Assembly: GCA_964016885.1 (NCBI GenBank)
Contig: OZ024743.1
Coordinates: 368,900,001-368,964,000 of the forward strand
DNA length: 64,000 nt
From: Eledone cirrhosa
Lineage: Eukaryota
Reading direction: 5' to 3'
Made by a program: the position numbers and the translations under genes. This document shows positions 1 to 12,600 of this stretch, piece after piece. The first letter of the stretch is position 1; every line of letters starts with the position of its first letter. The notes under the pieces are model-generated. The model did not search any database. It was not told the DNA's origin and saw only the letters and a list, made by a program, of their open reading frames with translations.

Positions 1-239
1 CACACTCACACACATTTGAGAAGACTTGCGAAAACTTGAGAAGACTTGAGCTGTCATTCAGTTGAGTAACTAAAGTTTTCTCTTGTTTCATATGAAAACA
101 ATGCATGTTAAACAACATTTCTAGTATTAGCTATTATCTACTTCTATATACACCATTTCACTCTTTCTAAGATTATCTATTGCATTCTTATGAAGGTATA
201 TTTTTCTAATGGCTCCATAGCAATTAACAAAATCAGAGA

Positions 240-1985
240 CTTTAAAAGATTGTAAGAATGGGGGCAACAGAAAGCAATACCTAGTAACTAGAAATGAAGC
301 TAGGAATTAAGAATCAAGTGCCTCAAATAGACCAAACAGAAAGACCTGCTACCCAAGTTTACAGAATAGGAAAAACAGCTGGACTGTCAGGTATAGTTGC
401 TGAGATGATTAACATACTTGACATTGTAGTTCACATACTAGTCACGTGTATAATCAATCAGGTAGTGTAGGATGGTGTTATACTAAATGGCTAGCATTGC
501 AGTATCATCATCAACTGCTACAAGGGAAAATGAGATGTACTAGAGAGAGAGGTAACTATAGAGGTATCATGTTGATGGACCAGCTTATGAGTTATAGAGC
601 AGAATAACCCTAGATGACATACAGTTTGGCTTTGTGCCAAGAAGTATTACCAACGCCCTCTTCCTAATGAGATAACTGCAAGAGAAGTAATTAGTTAAGA
701 ATAAGCCTCTATATCATTGAGCTGGAGAAGACTTTGGGCCAGGTTCAATGCTCTGAAATTTGGTGTAGCTTTTGAGAGACCATGCAAGCCTTCCATAGAG
801 GTGAAGTCAGCAAGATGAAAATTAGCAATGAGTTCAGTATTGAATTTAATAAGCTGGTAGAGTTCATCAAGACTTCATTCTCAGCTCCTTTCTATTTATC
901 AGTCTTCCAGACCTTAACAGTGAAGTTTAAGATTGGCTGTCTGCAAGAACTCCTATATGCTAATGGCCTAGTTCTTAGAGCTGGATTTTAAATTGAGTTA
1001 GAAAGGCTTCTAAGTAAACTTAGCAAAGACTAAATTTCTAGTAGACAGGTAAGAAGACATGTTCTGGATAGGGAAATAGCAATGCACAATATGCAGAAAA
1101 AAAAATGAAGAGAAACTCCATACTGTATAGCCAGTGTAAATTATGGATACACAAGAGATACAGTAGAATCACAGGTAGACTAACAAAGAAAATATACTTC
1201 ATATAATGCAAATGGACAGCTCCCTAGAAGTTATTGACAGCTTTTGTTACAAAGATGACTTAATTAATAGTAGGTGTTCCAAAAGTATTGTAGCTAGAGT
1301 AATAACTAGTTGAAAAAGTTCAGGGACCTGCTGTTCACAAAGGATTTCTCTCTCAGAAAAAAGGGTAAGCTATAAGATGCTTCTGTATGAAGTGTAATAT
1401 TGCATGTAATATTGCATGCTAGTGGAATTGACTTTGAATACAGAGGATTTTAAAAAAACATGAAGTGAGCAAGCTTCCCTGGATGCGTAATGTTGAACGG
1501 TGAAGCACAGATGATTGTAAAAAAAACTAAGTATCAGAGGAATTAAATTTAGTGTACAAGTAATGGAGGTGTGTGGAATAGTGATAAGCATGTTGGAGTA
1601 CAATCATAATGTTGTGTTTTTGAGCAAACACTTCAATTCATTTTGCTACAGTATACCCAGCTGCAAATAAGTACCAGCAATAGCAGGGGTTTAACCCTGC
1701 AATGGACTCCCAATGGGCTCGCAGTTGCTTTATGCCATGGAAACCAGGATAAGCACAGGTCTGATGAGCCTCAGGGCTCGAGACAGAATTTAGTATAGGC
1801 AAGTGATGAGTATGGATCATGCCGAGGTATTCAAAGTGGATGGATGGAACCTATGGAAGAGGTGGACCAAGGAAGACATAAGTTTTAAAGATTGATCTGA
1901 GTATCCTGAATCTCACAAAGGACTGTTATGATTGATGATATGCAGTATGTTCATAAGACCTGTGCACCAATGCAAGTATGGCAGG
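240..1985 (+). mobile_element. Old degenerate RTE-clade LINE (RT region to 3' end), many stops and frameshifts
   Basis: Pieces read NCYKGK..RGNYRGIMLMDQ, QFGFVP and ELLYA, colinear with the better-preserved RTE copy at 42873-44539. Confidence 0.75.
1600..1790 (+). mobile_element. CORE-like SINE fragment nested in the RTE relic
   Basis: TTGAGCAAACACTTCAATTCA...CCCAGCTG...TACCAGCAATAGC...GATGAGCCTC matches the copies at 46898-47160 (+) and 56140-56428 (-). Confidence 0.6.
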
Positions 1986-2077
1986 ATGTTACTTCAAATA
2001 ATGGTAGTGTTTGGGGCTGGGGGGGTATATGTACATTTGTGTCTCCTGCACAATCCCTGCCCACAGATCTTTGATTC

Positions 2078-2084
2078 CCTCTCA

Positions 2085-2141
<57 letters not shown>

Positions 2142-2144
2142 CTC

Positions 2145-2201
<57 letters not shown>

Positions 2202-2210
2202 CTCTCTCTG
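2078..2210. repeat. (CT)n microsatellite with an internal 60-bp duplication
   Basis: The CCC and TTG interruptions recur 60 bp apart. Confidence 0.95.
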
Positions 2211-2867
2211 TCATAAGCTCTATTCCATACTGATCATGACTTTTGCCTTGTGAGTGAAATTGGGTTAAAAGGAACTGTTTGGAAGCCTGTCAGATGGATT
2301 GTACCTGAAATTTAATATGCCAGCCTTGTCACATACATTGTCAGGCTGAATCTTCCTGAGAATTAGATGAAGCTACACATGTCTGGAATGCATCATCTCA
2401 TTAATCAAAGGACAGGAACATTCATTAACTGGTATAGATCCATTTTATGTTCCATATTATCCCTTAGTTAACATAATGCGGACATTTCCTGTGGGGAGCA
2501 TTAAAAATAAACTAAATATAAATAAATATGCATTTACAAATAAAAAACGGTATTAGTCAGAGACATTCATTACTAACAACTAATTACCTCTTCTATGTAA
2601 ATAGTGTATCATACTGTTTTCTTTTATGTCTTTTATATTTTATAACTATACATGGCTAGTGAAATAATGATGATAAAAAAAAACGTATTATTTTCATTTT
2701 CTGGTAATCACAGGAAAGAATTCAAAACATGATTCAGTGAGGCATAATCATCAGTATACTTGCTCAATTAATAATTAAATAATTACTAGGTTAACATAAA
2801 GGAGTGTACATTGGTTAATGCAGGAAAATACAGAAAAGGTTAGAAATTAGATATTTCAGAGACACTA

Positions 2868-3003
2868 TAATTATTATCATCATTATCCTTGGCATTGTGG
2901 TCATCATCATCATCACTATCATCATCATATTTCATATCATCGTCATCAACATCATCCTTGACATTATTGTCATCATCATCATCACCAACATAATCATCCT
3001 GTG

Positions 3004-3077
<74 letters not shown>
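2868..3077. repeat. Degenerate (CAT)n grading into perfect (TAA)n, which is also the tail of the adjacent minus-strand Tx1 copy
   Basis: Direct reading; pure TAA run at about 3005-3077. Confidence 0.9.
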
Positions 3078-3081
<4 letters not shown>

Positions 3082-4938
3082 TCTTTATTAACCACAAGGG
3101 TTTACACAAAGTGAGACATTAAGGACAATACAGGACGGTACAAATGGGCAGTTCTGCGTGTAAAAAAAATAAAAACAGAGGATGTAACAAAAAAAGAAAC
3201 AATGAAAAATTCCCCAATAGGGGGGGGGGGGAGATTTCCGATGGACATTCGTGGAGAAAGCCCATTAAAAAAGCCACGGTGACCCTGACCACCAGGGCAA
3301 GTGCACTCTCCCAGTTTTCCACCTTCAATTTACAGGTGCATACTCAGAGTAGGTCCATTCACTCATGCCATGCTTGCTTCTCTCACCCATCTTTCAACAA
3401 AATGCTGGGAAGAGAGCACTTCCCACTCTACCCTGATTTTCCTTTTCAAATGAAATTGGAAAAAGTTAATCAGGGCATCACCGAAGAGGTAAGTGCTCGT
3501 CTTCAGCCCTTTCAAACGCGTCCACCACACTATCTCTTTCGTCATGGCCACCAGACAGATAAAAACTGCCTGCCCTTCCCGGCTAAAGGAAGAGGGTGGG
3601 ACAATCCTCACGATGGACTCAGCTGATAGCCGGATCCGTCCTACACGTGACAGCAGGTGTTCGATATAAACCCACAAGTCAGCAATGCTCGGACACTGGA
3701 CGAGTGCATGCAGGACAGTTTCGTCGCCCTGCGCACATCTCGGACATGCCCGGCTGATGGCACTTCCATGCCTGTAGAGTTTATCTCGAACTGGCAAAGC
3801 TCCTTGGTAGCACTACCAGGCCAGGGATTTCTGGAAGCTGTCCATAGAGATTGGCTAGTTGATTTTCGTCGACGCCAAGAGTCTCCCCAGAGTCTTCCTA
3901 ATCCTCTATAGAATGCCAAGGTGGAGTTTCCACCGATCGCATTGCCCGACTGGTCGAGGGCTGTGAGCTACGATGTACACGTTCGCCACCTCCATTTCTG
4001 GCTGAGAGAAGCCACCCTGCTCATGGCCTCCTCCCAGTTTTTGTCCGTCTTGAGGTCTGGACCGAACCACGGGACCCTCCTCAACATCTCCAGTTTGTGC
4101 AGTAATGGCTCGAGAGTCAATACGTACAAGAGGGACGAGAGGGGACATCCTTGCTGGACAGAGCGCATGATGTTGAACGGCTCTGAAAGGTGACCGTTCA
4201 CTCTCACCACAGAGCAGATGTCGCTGTGCATGGCAGCGATCCAGCCTCTGAAGACAAGCCCAAAGCCAGCCGCCCTCAGGACTGCCGCCAGATAACGATG
4301 GTCGACCCTATCGAAAGCTTTCGACTGATCGAAATTGATCAAGGACCCACCCGTGCCAGGTTCCCTAGCTACCCTCTCCACAATGTATCGCATGAGGTGG
4401 AGGTTGTCTGGGATGGCGCATGTCTGCGCCTCTCCCACCAGACCACCAACGATAAGCGCCAACCTCTTTGCTAGCCCCTTGGCCAAAATCTCGAACTCTG
4501 GATTTAGCAGAGTTATGGGCCTGAAAATATCTATGTTATCCCCCTTGTTCGGATCCTTTATCAGCAGCACCACCACTCCTCGGCTTACAGAGCTGGGAAT
4601 TCTCCCGTTCTGTTGCCAGTTGCAGTACACGTCCGCCAAGAGGTCTCCGATCAAGTCTGGCATGTGTATGTAAAGTTCGTAGGGCTGCCCATCCAAACCA
4701 GGCGATTTAACCCTTGTGCAGCCTCTCATTGCCTCCTGTACTTCAGCGGCTGTTATCGGCTTTTCGTAACACTCCCCTTCAGTGGCCGTGAACCGCGGTA
4801 GTCCGTCGAGGTAGGCACTAAAGTCCATCCCGCGATCCAGCCCACCGCTGCCCTCGAACAGCTGGGGGAAATGTCGCTGAAAAGCTTCACAAATTTGCCC
4901 AGGATCGAGTAGCATGCGCCCATCGTGGTCCACCAGAC
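3005..4938 (-). mobile_element. L1/Tx1-type LINE, 5'-truncated and internally deleted (RT, C-terminal zinc motif, 3' UTR, ATT tail)
   Basis: ORF 3968-4933 has KSPGLDG, RPITLLN, DQSKAFDRV and QGCPLS. ORF 3363-3797 has CPRC-x8-H-x4-C. Ends GGTTAATAAAGAAAG(TAT)n. The YADD region is deleted. Confidence 0.92.
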
Positions 4939-6916
4939 AGATCCATCCACGACAACCTCCACCTCATGTGATACATCATAGAGAGGGTAGCTAGGGAACC
5001 TGGCATAGGTGGGTCTTTGATCAATTTAGATCAGTCAAAAGCTTTCGATAGGGTCGATCATCGTTATCTGGCAGCAGTCCTAAGAGCAGCTGGCTTTGGG
5101 TCTGTCTTCAGAGGCTGGATTGCTGCCATGCACAGCGACATCTGCTCTGTGGTGAGAGTGAACGGTCACCTTTCGGAACCGTTCAACATCATGCGCTCGA
5201 TCCGCCAGATATGTCCTCTCTCATCCTTGTTGTACGTATTGACTCTTGAGCCATTACTGCACAAACTGGAGACACTGAGGGGGATCCTACGTGAACTAGG
5301 ATGCGGAAGAACAGTGCCAGCTTATGCAGACATCACCGTAGTGGTGTCGAACACCAAATACATCGAGTCAATCGGCACTACACTAAGAGAATACGAGGTA
5401 GTGACAGGAGCAATGATCAACCAGGAAAAATCAGTAGGCCTGCAACTCGGCACCTGGAGAGGCAGGTACATGCCGCCCAACAGCGTCGTCGGGCACTGGA
5501 CGGATGGACCGGTTAAATTGCTAGGGGTCTGGTTCGGTCCAGACATCCTGACGGACAAAAACTGGGAGGAGGTCACGAGCAAGGTGTTTTCTCTCACCCA
5601 GAATATGGGCCGAGAGGAAGCTATCCCAGAAAGGTCGAGCGGAGGTGGCGATTTCGTACATCGCGTCCGTCATCTACTACCGCCTGACCGTCATGCCTTG
5701 TCCTAAGCCTCGCCTGACTGCACTGGAGCGTTTGCTCTTCGCTTTTTGTGGAAGGGACGTGCTCCGATGGTCAGGCGGTCCATTTGCTGTCAACACCCAC
5801 TACACGAAGGGCTGGGCATGCCGTGCTGATGATGCGCAGACTTGCGCTCAGGCTACGGCATCTCCACCTCTTCCTCGACGGTGTTCAGGTGTGGTCGCCC
5901 TTTGCTAGACACATGTTTCCCCAGCTTGTCTCCTTGGCGGAGCTGCAGTCCTGGGTCAAGCGAAGACTGGGAGGAAGCGCTTGGAGACTGGAATGTCTTC
6001 AGGCGCTTACAGCCCTCGACCAGTCGAGCAATACAATCGCTGGAAACTCCACCTTGGCTTTCTATAGAGCATTAGTGGAAGGAAAAGCAACGACATCCTT
6101 GGGGAGACTCTAGGCGTTGACGAAAACCAACTAGCCAATCTCTTCGGGAGAACTTTCGGGCCGGGACCCATGGACAACTTCCAGAAATCCCTGGCCTGGC
6201 AGTGCTACCGAAGAGCCTTGCCAGTTCGGGATAAACTATACAGACATGTTCGTGATGCGCACAGGGCGATGAAACCGTCCTGCATGCACTCGTCCAGTGT
6301 CCGAGCATTGCTGATTTGTGGGTTTATGCCGAACACCTGCTGTCACATGTAGAATGGATCCGGCTATCAGCTGAGTCCATCGTGAAGATTGCCCCGCCGC
6401 CTTCCTTTAGCCGAGAAGAGCAGGCAGTTTTTATCTGCCTGGTGGCCATAGTAAAAGAGATTGTATGGTGGACATGTCTGAAAGGGTTGAGGACTGGTAC
6501 TTCCCTCTTCGGTGATGCCCTCATTAACTTTTTCAAATTTCACCTGAAGAGGAAAATCAGGGTGGAGAGGGAAGTGCTGACCTCTAGCCAGTTTGTTGAA
6601 AGGTCGGTGAGAGAGGCAAGAGTGGCCCGTGTGAATGGGTCTACCCTGAGCGTGTGCCTGTAGCATTGTAGGAGGAAAACTGGAAGAGAGCATTTGCCCT
6701 AGCGGTCAGGGTAACCGTGGCTTTTCTTGTGGGCTTTCTCTATGAGCAACCCTCGGAGGTCTCCTCCCTATTGGGAATTTTTCATTGTTTCCTTTTGTCA
6801 CACTCTGTTTTTGTTTTTTTTTATATGCAGAAATGCCCATTTGTATTGTCCTGTGTTGTCCTTAATGTTATACTTAGTGTCAACCCTTGTGGTTAATAAA
6901 GAAAGCATTATTATTA

Positions 6917-6951
<35 letters not shown>
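4933..6951 (+). mobile_element. L1/Tx1-type LINE, 5'-truncated, head-to-head with the previous copy
   Basis: ORF 5017-5706 has LDQSKAFDRV and AYAD-IT. ORF 6316-6663 is the ORF2 C-terminus. Ends CCCTTGTGGTTAATAAAGAAAG followed by (ATT)n. Confidence 0.92.
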
Positions 6952-6952
<1 letters not shown>

Positions 6953-8991
6953 CTTACGTAGGAAATCGTATTATCATGAGCTCTACAAAGGTTTGTTGTT
7001 TTCAGTTGTTTCAAATTGCCAGTGATGGAAAATTTTTGTTGTTAAGTGTTTATAAGTTCATATATATTGCTTTCTGAAAAGGACACTCTATAATATTGGG
7101 GCCTTGAGCCAAAAATTTAAACTTTTATATTTATCAAACAAAACATTTCTTTGGAAATAAACATGGATGGCTTTCAGCCACCCAATTCTGCTGACAGCGT
7201 TTCTAACAGACTAACATCTCCCACCACCATTGTAAACAATGCTACGGTTGCCTACACTGAAAATATAAGTAATAGCAGTGGAAATTATTTAGATTTGTCA
7301 CATGAAGACATGGATTTCCCACCATTACCAATATCTACAGGTGTTAAAGCCACCACAATGTCAAAAAGAACAACCAACATCACTGATACCACCACCACTA
7401 CCACAGCAACAACTGAAACAAAAAATAAATTATTATCTTGTGATATCAAAATGGATTCTCCGAAAATCGACTCTTCTATGCCGAACGCCACTGACACCAC
7501 CACCACAACAACTGAAACTAAAAATAATAATAACAAAAATAAGAATAACAACAGCAACAACAGCAACAATAAGAATAACAACAACACCAACACCAGTGCA
7601 AAACCAAATGTGTCGTTTGCTAAAGTGGCAAACATAAATGAAACGGTTGAGGTAAGCCAGGAAGAATTGAATGAAGCCAAGCGAATGGTAAAAAAATATG
7701 GAACCGTGGACGTGTTCTTTGGAACCCCACAGGAAGCCAGAGAGCTTTCCATGGCCCTATTAAAAAGTGACAAGTTCAAACTCGTCCCAAGCTATTGTGG
7801 TCAGAGGCTGATAAGGATCAGGGTGACTCAGGTTCAGCTGGCCATTGAAATTCCCTGGCTAATGGCTGCCGTCCTCGCCGACATCGAGGCCGACACTAAA
7901 GTAATTCAGGAGAACTGGTCCGGATCTGGGATGGAGCTCCTGATCCAAGCGGACCAAAAAAACATGAGGAAATTCCAGAGGTGATAGACCTCAATGTCGG
8001 CAGCCACCTCACCGTAATCGTTGAGGGTAGAAGGCCAAGGTGTGTCGTTTGTGGCGAAGGAACCCACCTAAAGGCTTTCTGCCCTCAGGCTAAAAAGTTG
8101 AGACCACCTCTCCTACCCACCCCAGTGACTCAACCATCAAAACCAGCAGCAGAAATGGCAGCAACAACTGTAGCAACAACAACAGAAGCAACTGTAGCAG
8201 CAACAGTAGCAAAACCAACACCACCACCACCCACCACGCCAGAATTAGCACCAGCGCCTCCACCATCCACCACGCTACAACCAAAACCAACGTCTGTGGA
8301 GGATTTTCCACTCCCCCATCTCTCACAATTGGAGACAGATTGTGATGACGAGGAGGAGTGGGAATCTGTATCTGGAAAAAAGAAAAAAAAAAAAAAAAAA
8401 AATCCTCTTCCCTCGCCCTCCAAAAACAAAATGCAGGGCGAATCAAACAAACAAACAAACTAACAAAAAAGTTAAGACAGCTATGTCACCACCCACACCA
8501 GCATCACCAGCCCCATCACCACAAACACCAACACCATCACCATCATCAACCCTAACACCACAAAAATCACCAACAAGCGAAACAGAAACAAACCCACAAC
8601 AAACGCAAACAAAACAAAACAACTAAAATGATATACACTCCACAGCATTAATTTGAACAACAACCAATTATTACACTACATGCAACACAACACCAGCATC
8701 ACAGAAAAAGACTATACAACACCCTAAAAATTCACACCACCCCACACATACAAATCACTAGCATCATTCAGAAAACATACACAACACTAAAATTAAAATT
8801 CCCCAAGGACATCGGAGACTTCTGGCAAACACTTTCCAGGAGGATTTATGAAGACATCCTTCCGGAGGGGGCCACAACAGTGAGAATGATGGAAAAACCA
8901 TCCTTCTTCCACAAGAAGTTAGGTAAGTGGTCTTTCCCATCTTTTTCCACTCCTTTTCAACATGACCTTACTCAGAATAGGCAGCATAAAT
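6952..8991 (+). mobile_element. 5' part of an L1/Tx1-type LINE: 5' UTR, ORF1 and the first codons of ORF2
   Basis: Homologous to 11770-14022 (-). ORF2 start MTLLRIGSIN at 8962 is the first strand of the APE domain. Confidence 0.85.
7163..8926 (+). pseudogene. Frameshifted LINE ORF1 with CCHC zinc knuckle and Thr/Asn/Pro/Lys low-complexity tracts
   Basis: ORFs 7151-7984 and 7981-8463; CVVCGEGTHLKAFC fits CX2CX4HX4C; C-terminal block (FPKDIGDF..LSRRIYEDI) shared with copies at about 11900 and 36300. Confidence 0.8.
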
Positions 8992-8994
8992 GAG

Positions 8995-9640
8995 CTTTAC
9001 TAGCGCTTTACTAAACCTAATTGACTCTATTCTAATCGCTCTTTACAGGGCAAAGAACCATTTGTTGTTGACGGTGACCCCTGTCAACGCCCGCTTAACT
9101 AATTCGCTAATCCGGTCTCTGCAACCTTTGCGTGCTGTTAATGACGCGTTTAGCTTCCAGTAGCCGGGTCCCTGACTATGAAGCCTATTAAAGTCAACCA
9201 CACAGATCACGAATTTGTGGTCCGTGTAGCTGACTATCTTGAATTGTGGACAGCATATGCTAGACCTATCTATTTCCCTACAAAATACTCTATCTAGATA
9301 TGATCTGGATGAACCAATGCGGTTTGTCCAAGTCCACATTGGCACATTCGGGATATCCAATCGGTACCTGTCCGACAGTTGAAAACGCCTGAGTAGGTTT
9401 GTGAGGCTTTTACACCTTCCTCCCCTATCCGCTAATCCCACACAATCCCAGCGTGCATCTAAGATACCGTTCCAGTCGCCCACTTACACTAGATAGTGGG
9501 ACGTTCCAAGAAAGGTCTCCAGACGCCGGAAAAAATCAGGCTGTTCTGCTCCTGTTGGGGCATAGGCGGCCACTAGCCTGAAAGCTTGTCCTTCTCCACT
9601 GGTCACGTCCAGTACCACCAACTTACCTTCTTGGACCCAT
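8995..9640 (-). mobile_element. Tx1 endonuclease (APE) fragment
   Basis: GDWNGILD, SYLDRVF, TDHKFV and GPGYWKLNASL in ORF 9043-9483; AAYAP in ORF 9484-9672. Confidence 0.9.
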
Positions 9641-12600
9641 AATAATAATAATAGTTTCTTTATTGGCCACAAGGGCTAATATGAAGAAAAACATTACAGA
9701 GACGGCACAGAACGATACAAAGTTGGTTTTGGCCATGTAAAAGGGTTATAAATGACAGAAACGTGTAAAATAAATTAAAATTTAAACATCAAAAAATTCC
9801 CCAATAAGGGGGAAGCTTCCGAGGGTCACTCGTGGCGAAAACCACACAAAAGACCACGGCCACCCTGACCACCAGGGCAAGCGCCCTATCTCAGTTTTCC
9901 CACTCCTCAGTTTACAGACGCATACTCAGAGTGGGCCCATTCACTCGGACGAGATTCGCCACTTTCACCCACCTTTCAACAATTCTCAGGCACTGAATGA
10001 GTACATGCAGGACAGTTTCATCGCCCTGCGTGCATCTCAGACAGGCTCGGCTGACAGCACCTTCGTGCCTGTAGAGCTTATCCCGAACCAGCAACGCTCC
10101 CCGGTAGCACTGCCAGGCCAGGGATTTCCGAAAATTGTCCATAGGCTCCGAGATGAAAGTTCTCTTGAAGAGAGCAAACAGCTGATCGTCTTCAACGCCC
10201 AGGGTCTCCCTGAGAACGTCGTCGCTTTTCCCCTCCACTAGCTTCTATAGAACGCCGAGGTGGATGTCCCACCGATATCAGTGCCCAGCTGGTAGAGGGT
10301 GGTGAGCGCTTGGAGACATTCCAGCTTCGAAACGCTATTCCTCGGTCTTTTTCTGATCCAAGACTGCAGCTCCGTCAAGGAGACGAGCTGGGGAAAATCA
10401 TGTCTGGCAAACAGCGACCACACCTGTTCACTGTCCAGAGATGTCGCAGCCTCAGCACATGTTTGCGTATCATCAGCCACGGCATGCCCAGTCCTCCATG
10501 CAACGGGTGCTGACAGCAGATGGATCGTTTGACCATGAGAGCACGTCCCTTCCACAAAAAGCGGAAGAGAAGGCGCTCCATTTTGGTTAGAGTTGGACGG
10601 GGGCAAGGTACGACGGTCAGGCGGTAGCAGATGATGGATGTGATATACGCATTCGCCACCTCCGCACGACCTTTCAGAGACAGCCTCCTCTCAGCCCATT
10701 TCTGGGTGAGAGAAGCCACCCTGCCGCCACCTCGCTCCAGCTTTTCTCCATCTGGAGGTCCGGACCGAACCAGACCCCGAGCAATTTAACCGGTCCTTCC
10801 GTCCAGTGCCCCACGACGCTGTTGGACGGCATGGGCTTGCCTCTCAAGGGTGCCGAGTTATAAGCCCACCGACTTTTCCTGGTTGATCTTTGCTCCTGTC
10901 ACCGCTTCGTATTCCTTGAGATTGGTGCCGAGGATCTGGACATGTTTGATGCTCGACACCAGCATGGTGAATTCGTCGGCGTAAGCCGACACGAATCTTC
11001 CACATCCCAGTTCGAATCTTCCACATCCCAGTTCTCCAATCTGTGCAGTAATGGTTCGAGGGGCGAGAGGGGACAACCTTGGCGGTCCAAGGGCATGATG
11101 TTGAACGGCTGCGACAGGTGACCATTCACCCTTACAATCGAGCAGATGTCGCTGTGCATCGCTGCGATCCAGCCTCTAAAAACGGCCCTGAAGCCAGCCG
11201 CCTCGAGGACCGCTGCCAGGTACCGATGGTCGACCCTATCAAATGCTTTAGATTGATCCAAGTTGATCAGGGCCCCACTCGTGCCAGGTTCCTTAACCAA
11301 CCTCTCTATGATGTATCGCATGAGATGGAGGTTGTCGTGGATGGATCTATCCGGAATGGCGCATGTTTGCGCCTCTCTCACCAGATCACCGATGACAAAC
11401 GCCAATCTCTTTGCTAACACCTTGGCCAAAATCTTAAACTCTGCGTTTAGCAGAGTTATGGGCCTGAGGTTGTCTATAATGTCCCCCTTGTTCACGTACT
11501 TTCTCAGCAGCGCTACCGCTCCCCGGCTCACAAAACTGGGAATGCTCGTTCTGCTGCCAGTTGCAGTAGACATCTGCCACAAGTCTGGCATATACGTATA
11601 AAGCTCGTAGGGCAGACCATCCAAACCTGGCGATTTACCCCTCCTGCAGTCAGACATCGCTTCCAGTATTTCACCTGCTGTATCGACTTTTCGCATCACT
11701 GCACTGCGGTCATCCAGAGCCGCGGCAGGCCGTCGAGGTATGCACTGAGGTCGTTGAGCAGGTGGCCCTGCTTCCAAGATGACCCCAGGCCACGTACATT
11801 TATACTGCCTATTCTAAGTATGGCCATGTTGGATGAGGAACGGGGTAAGTGAGAAAGGATCACTTACCTTGATCGTGTGGTGAAGGGACAGTAGAACCGT
11901 CCCTTCGGCTGGTCATGGGTGTCTCCTAGATGATATCTGTATAGATTCTCTTGGAGAGTGACCCCCTGAAATCATCAACTGCGTTGGGGTATTTTTGTTT
12001 TAATTGTTTGTAATCTTCGAGTTCAATTTCCACAATGTTAATATTTTTTGGTAACGTTCTTGGTGTTGGTGGGGTGTGGTAATTTACGTCTGAAATATCT
12101 GTGCTGTTTTATATGTTCCATTAGTCCTTGGTGTGCAGTGTTTATGGCTGCGTACTTTTTGGGGGGGGGGGGTTGTTGCTCTTTTCTTGTTGCTGTTGGG
12201 TGTGTGTGCTTTGTTGTGTTTGTGATGTTGGTGTTTTTGGTGATCGTGGTGTGGTTGTTGTTGGTGGTGAGGCTTTTGGTGGTGATGCTTGTAGTAGTGA
12301 TGGTTGTGGTGTTGCTGCAAGTCCCCTTGCAGCCTTTACCATTCTTTTTTTGTCCTCGCTTTTGGAGGGCGAAGCTAAGTGGTTCTTTCGTTTTTTGTTT
12401 TTTTTGTACCACTTCCCTCCCACCTCAAACTCCATGTCGGATTTTGTGGCGTATGGGAGGGGTATGAGCTCCACGGCTGTTGGTGGTGGTAGTGGAGCCC
12501 TCTCCGGCGATTTTGCCGCTGGTGTAGCTACTGCGACTGTTGGTGTTGCCGCCACTGCTGCCGCTGTTTTAGTTGTCCATGGCGTTGGTATGGGTGCCAT

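Noticed and set aside
1932-3109. Poly-SL, poly-ER, poly-L and poly-D ORFs
   Set aside because: Translations of (CT)n, (TAA)n and (CAT)n microsatellites.
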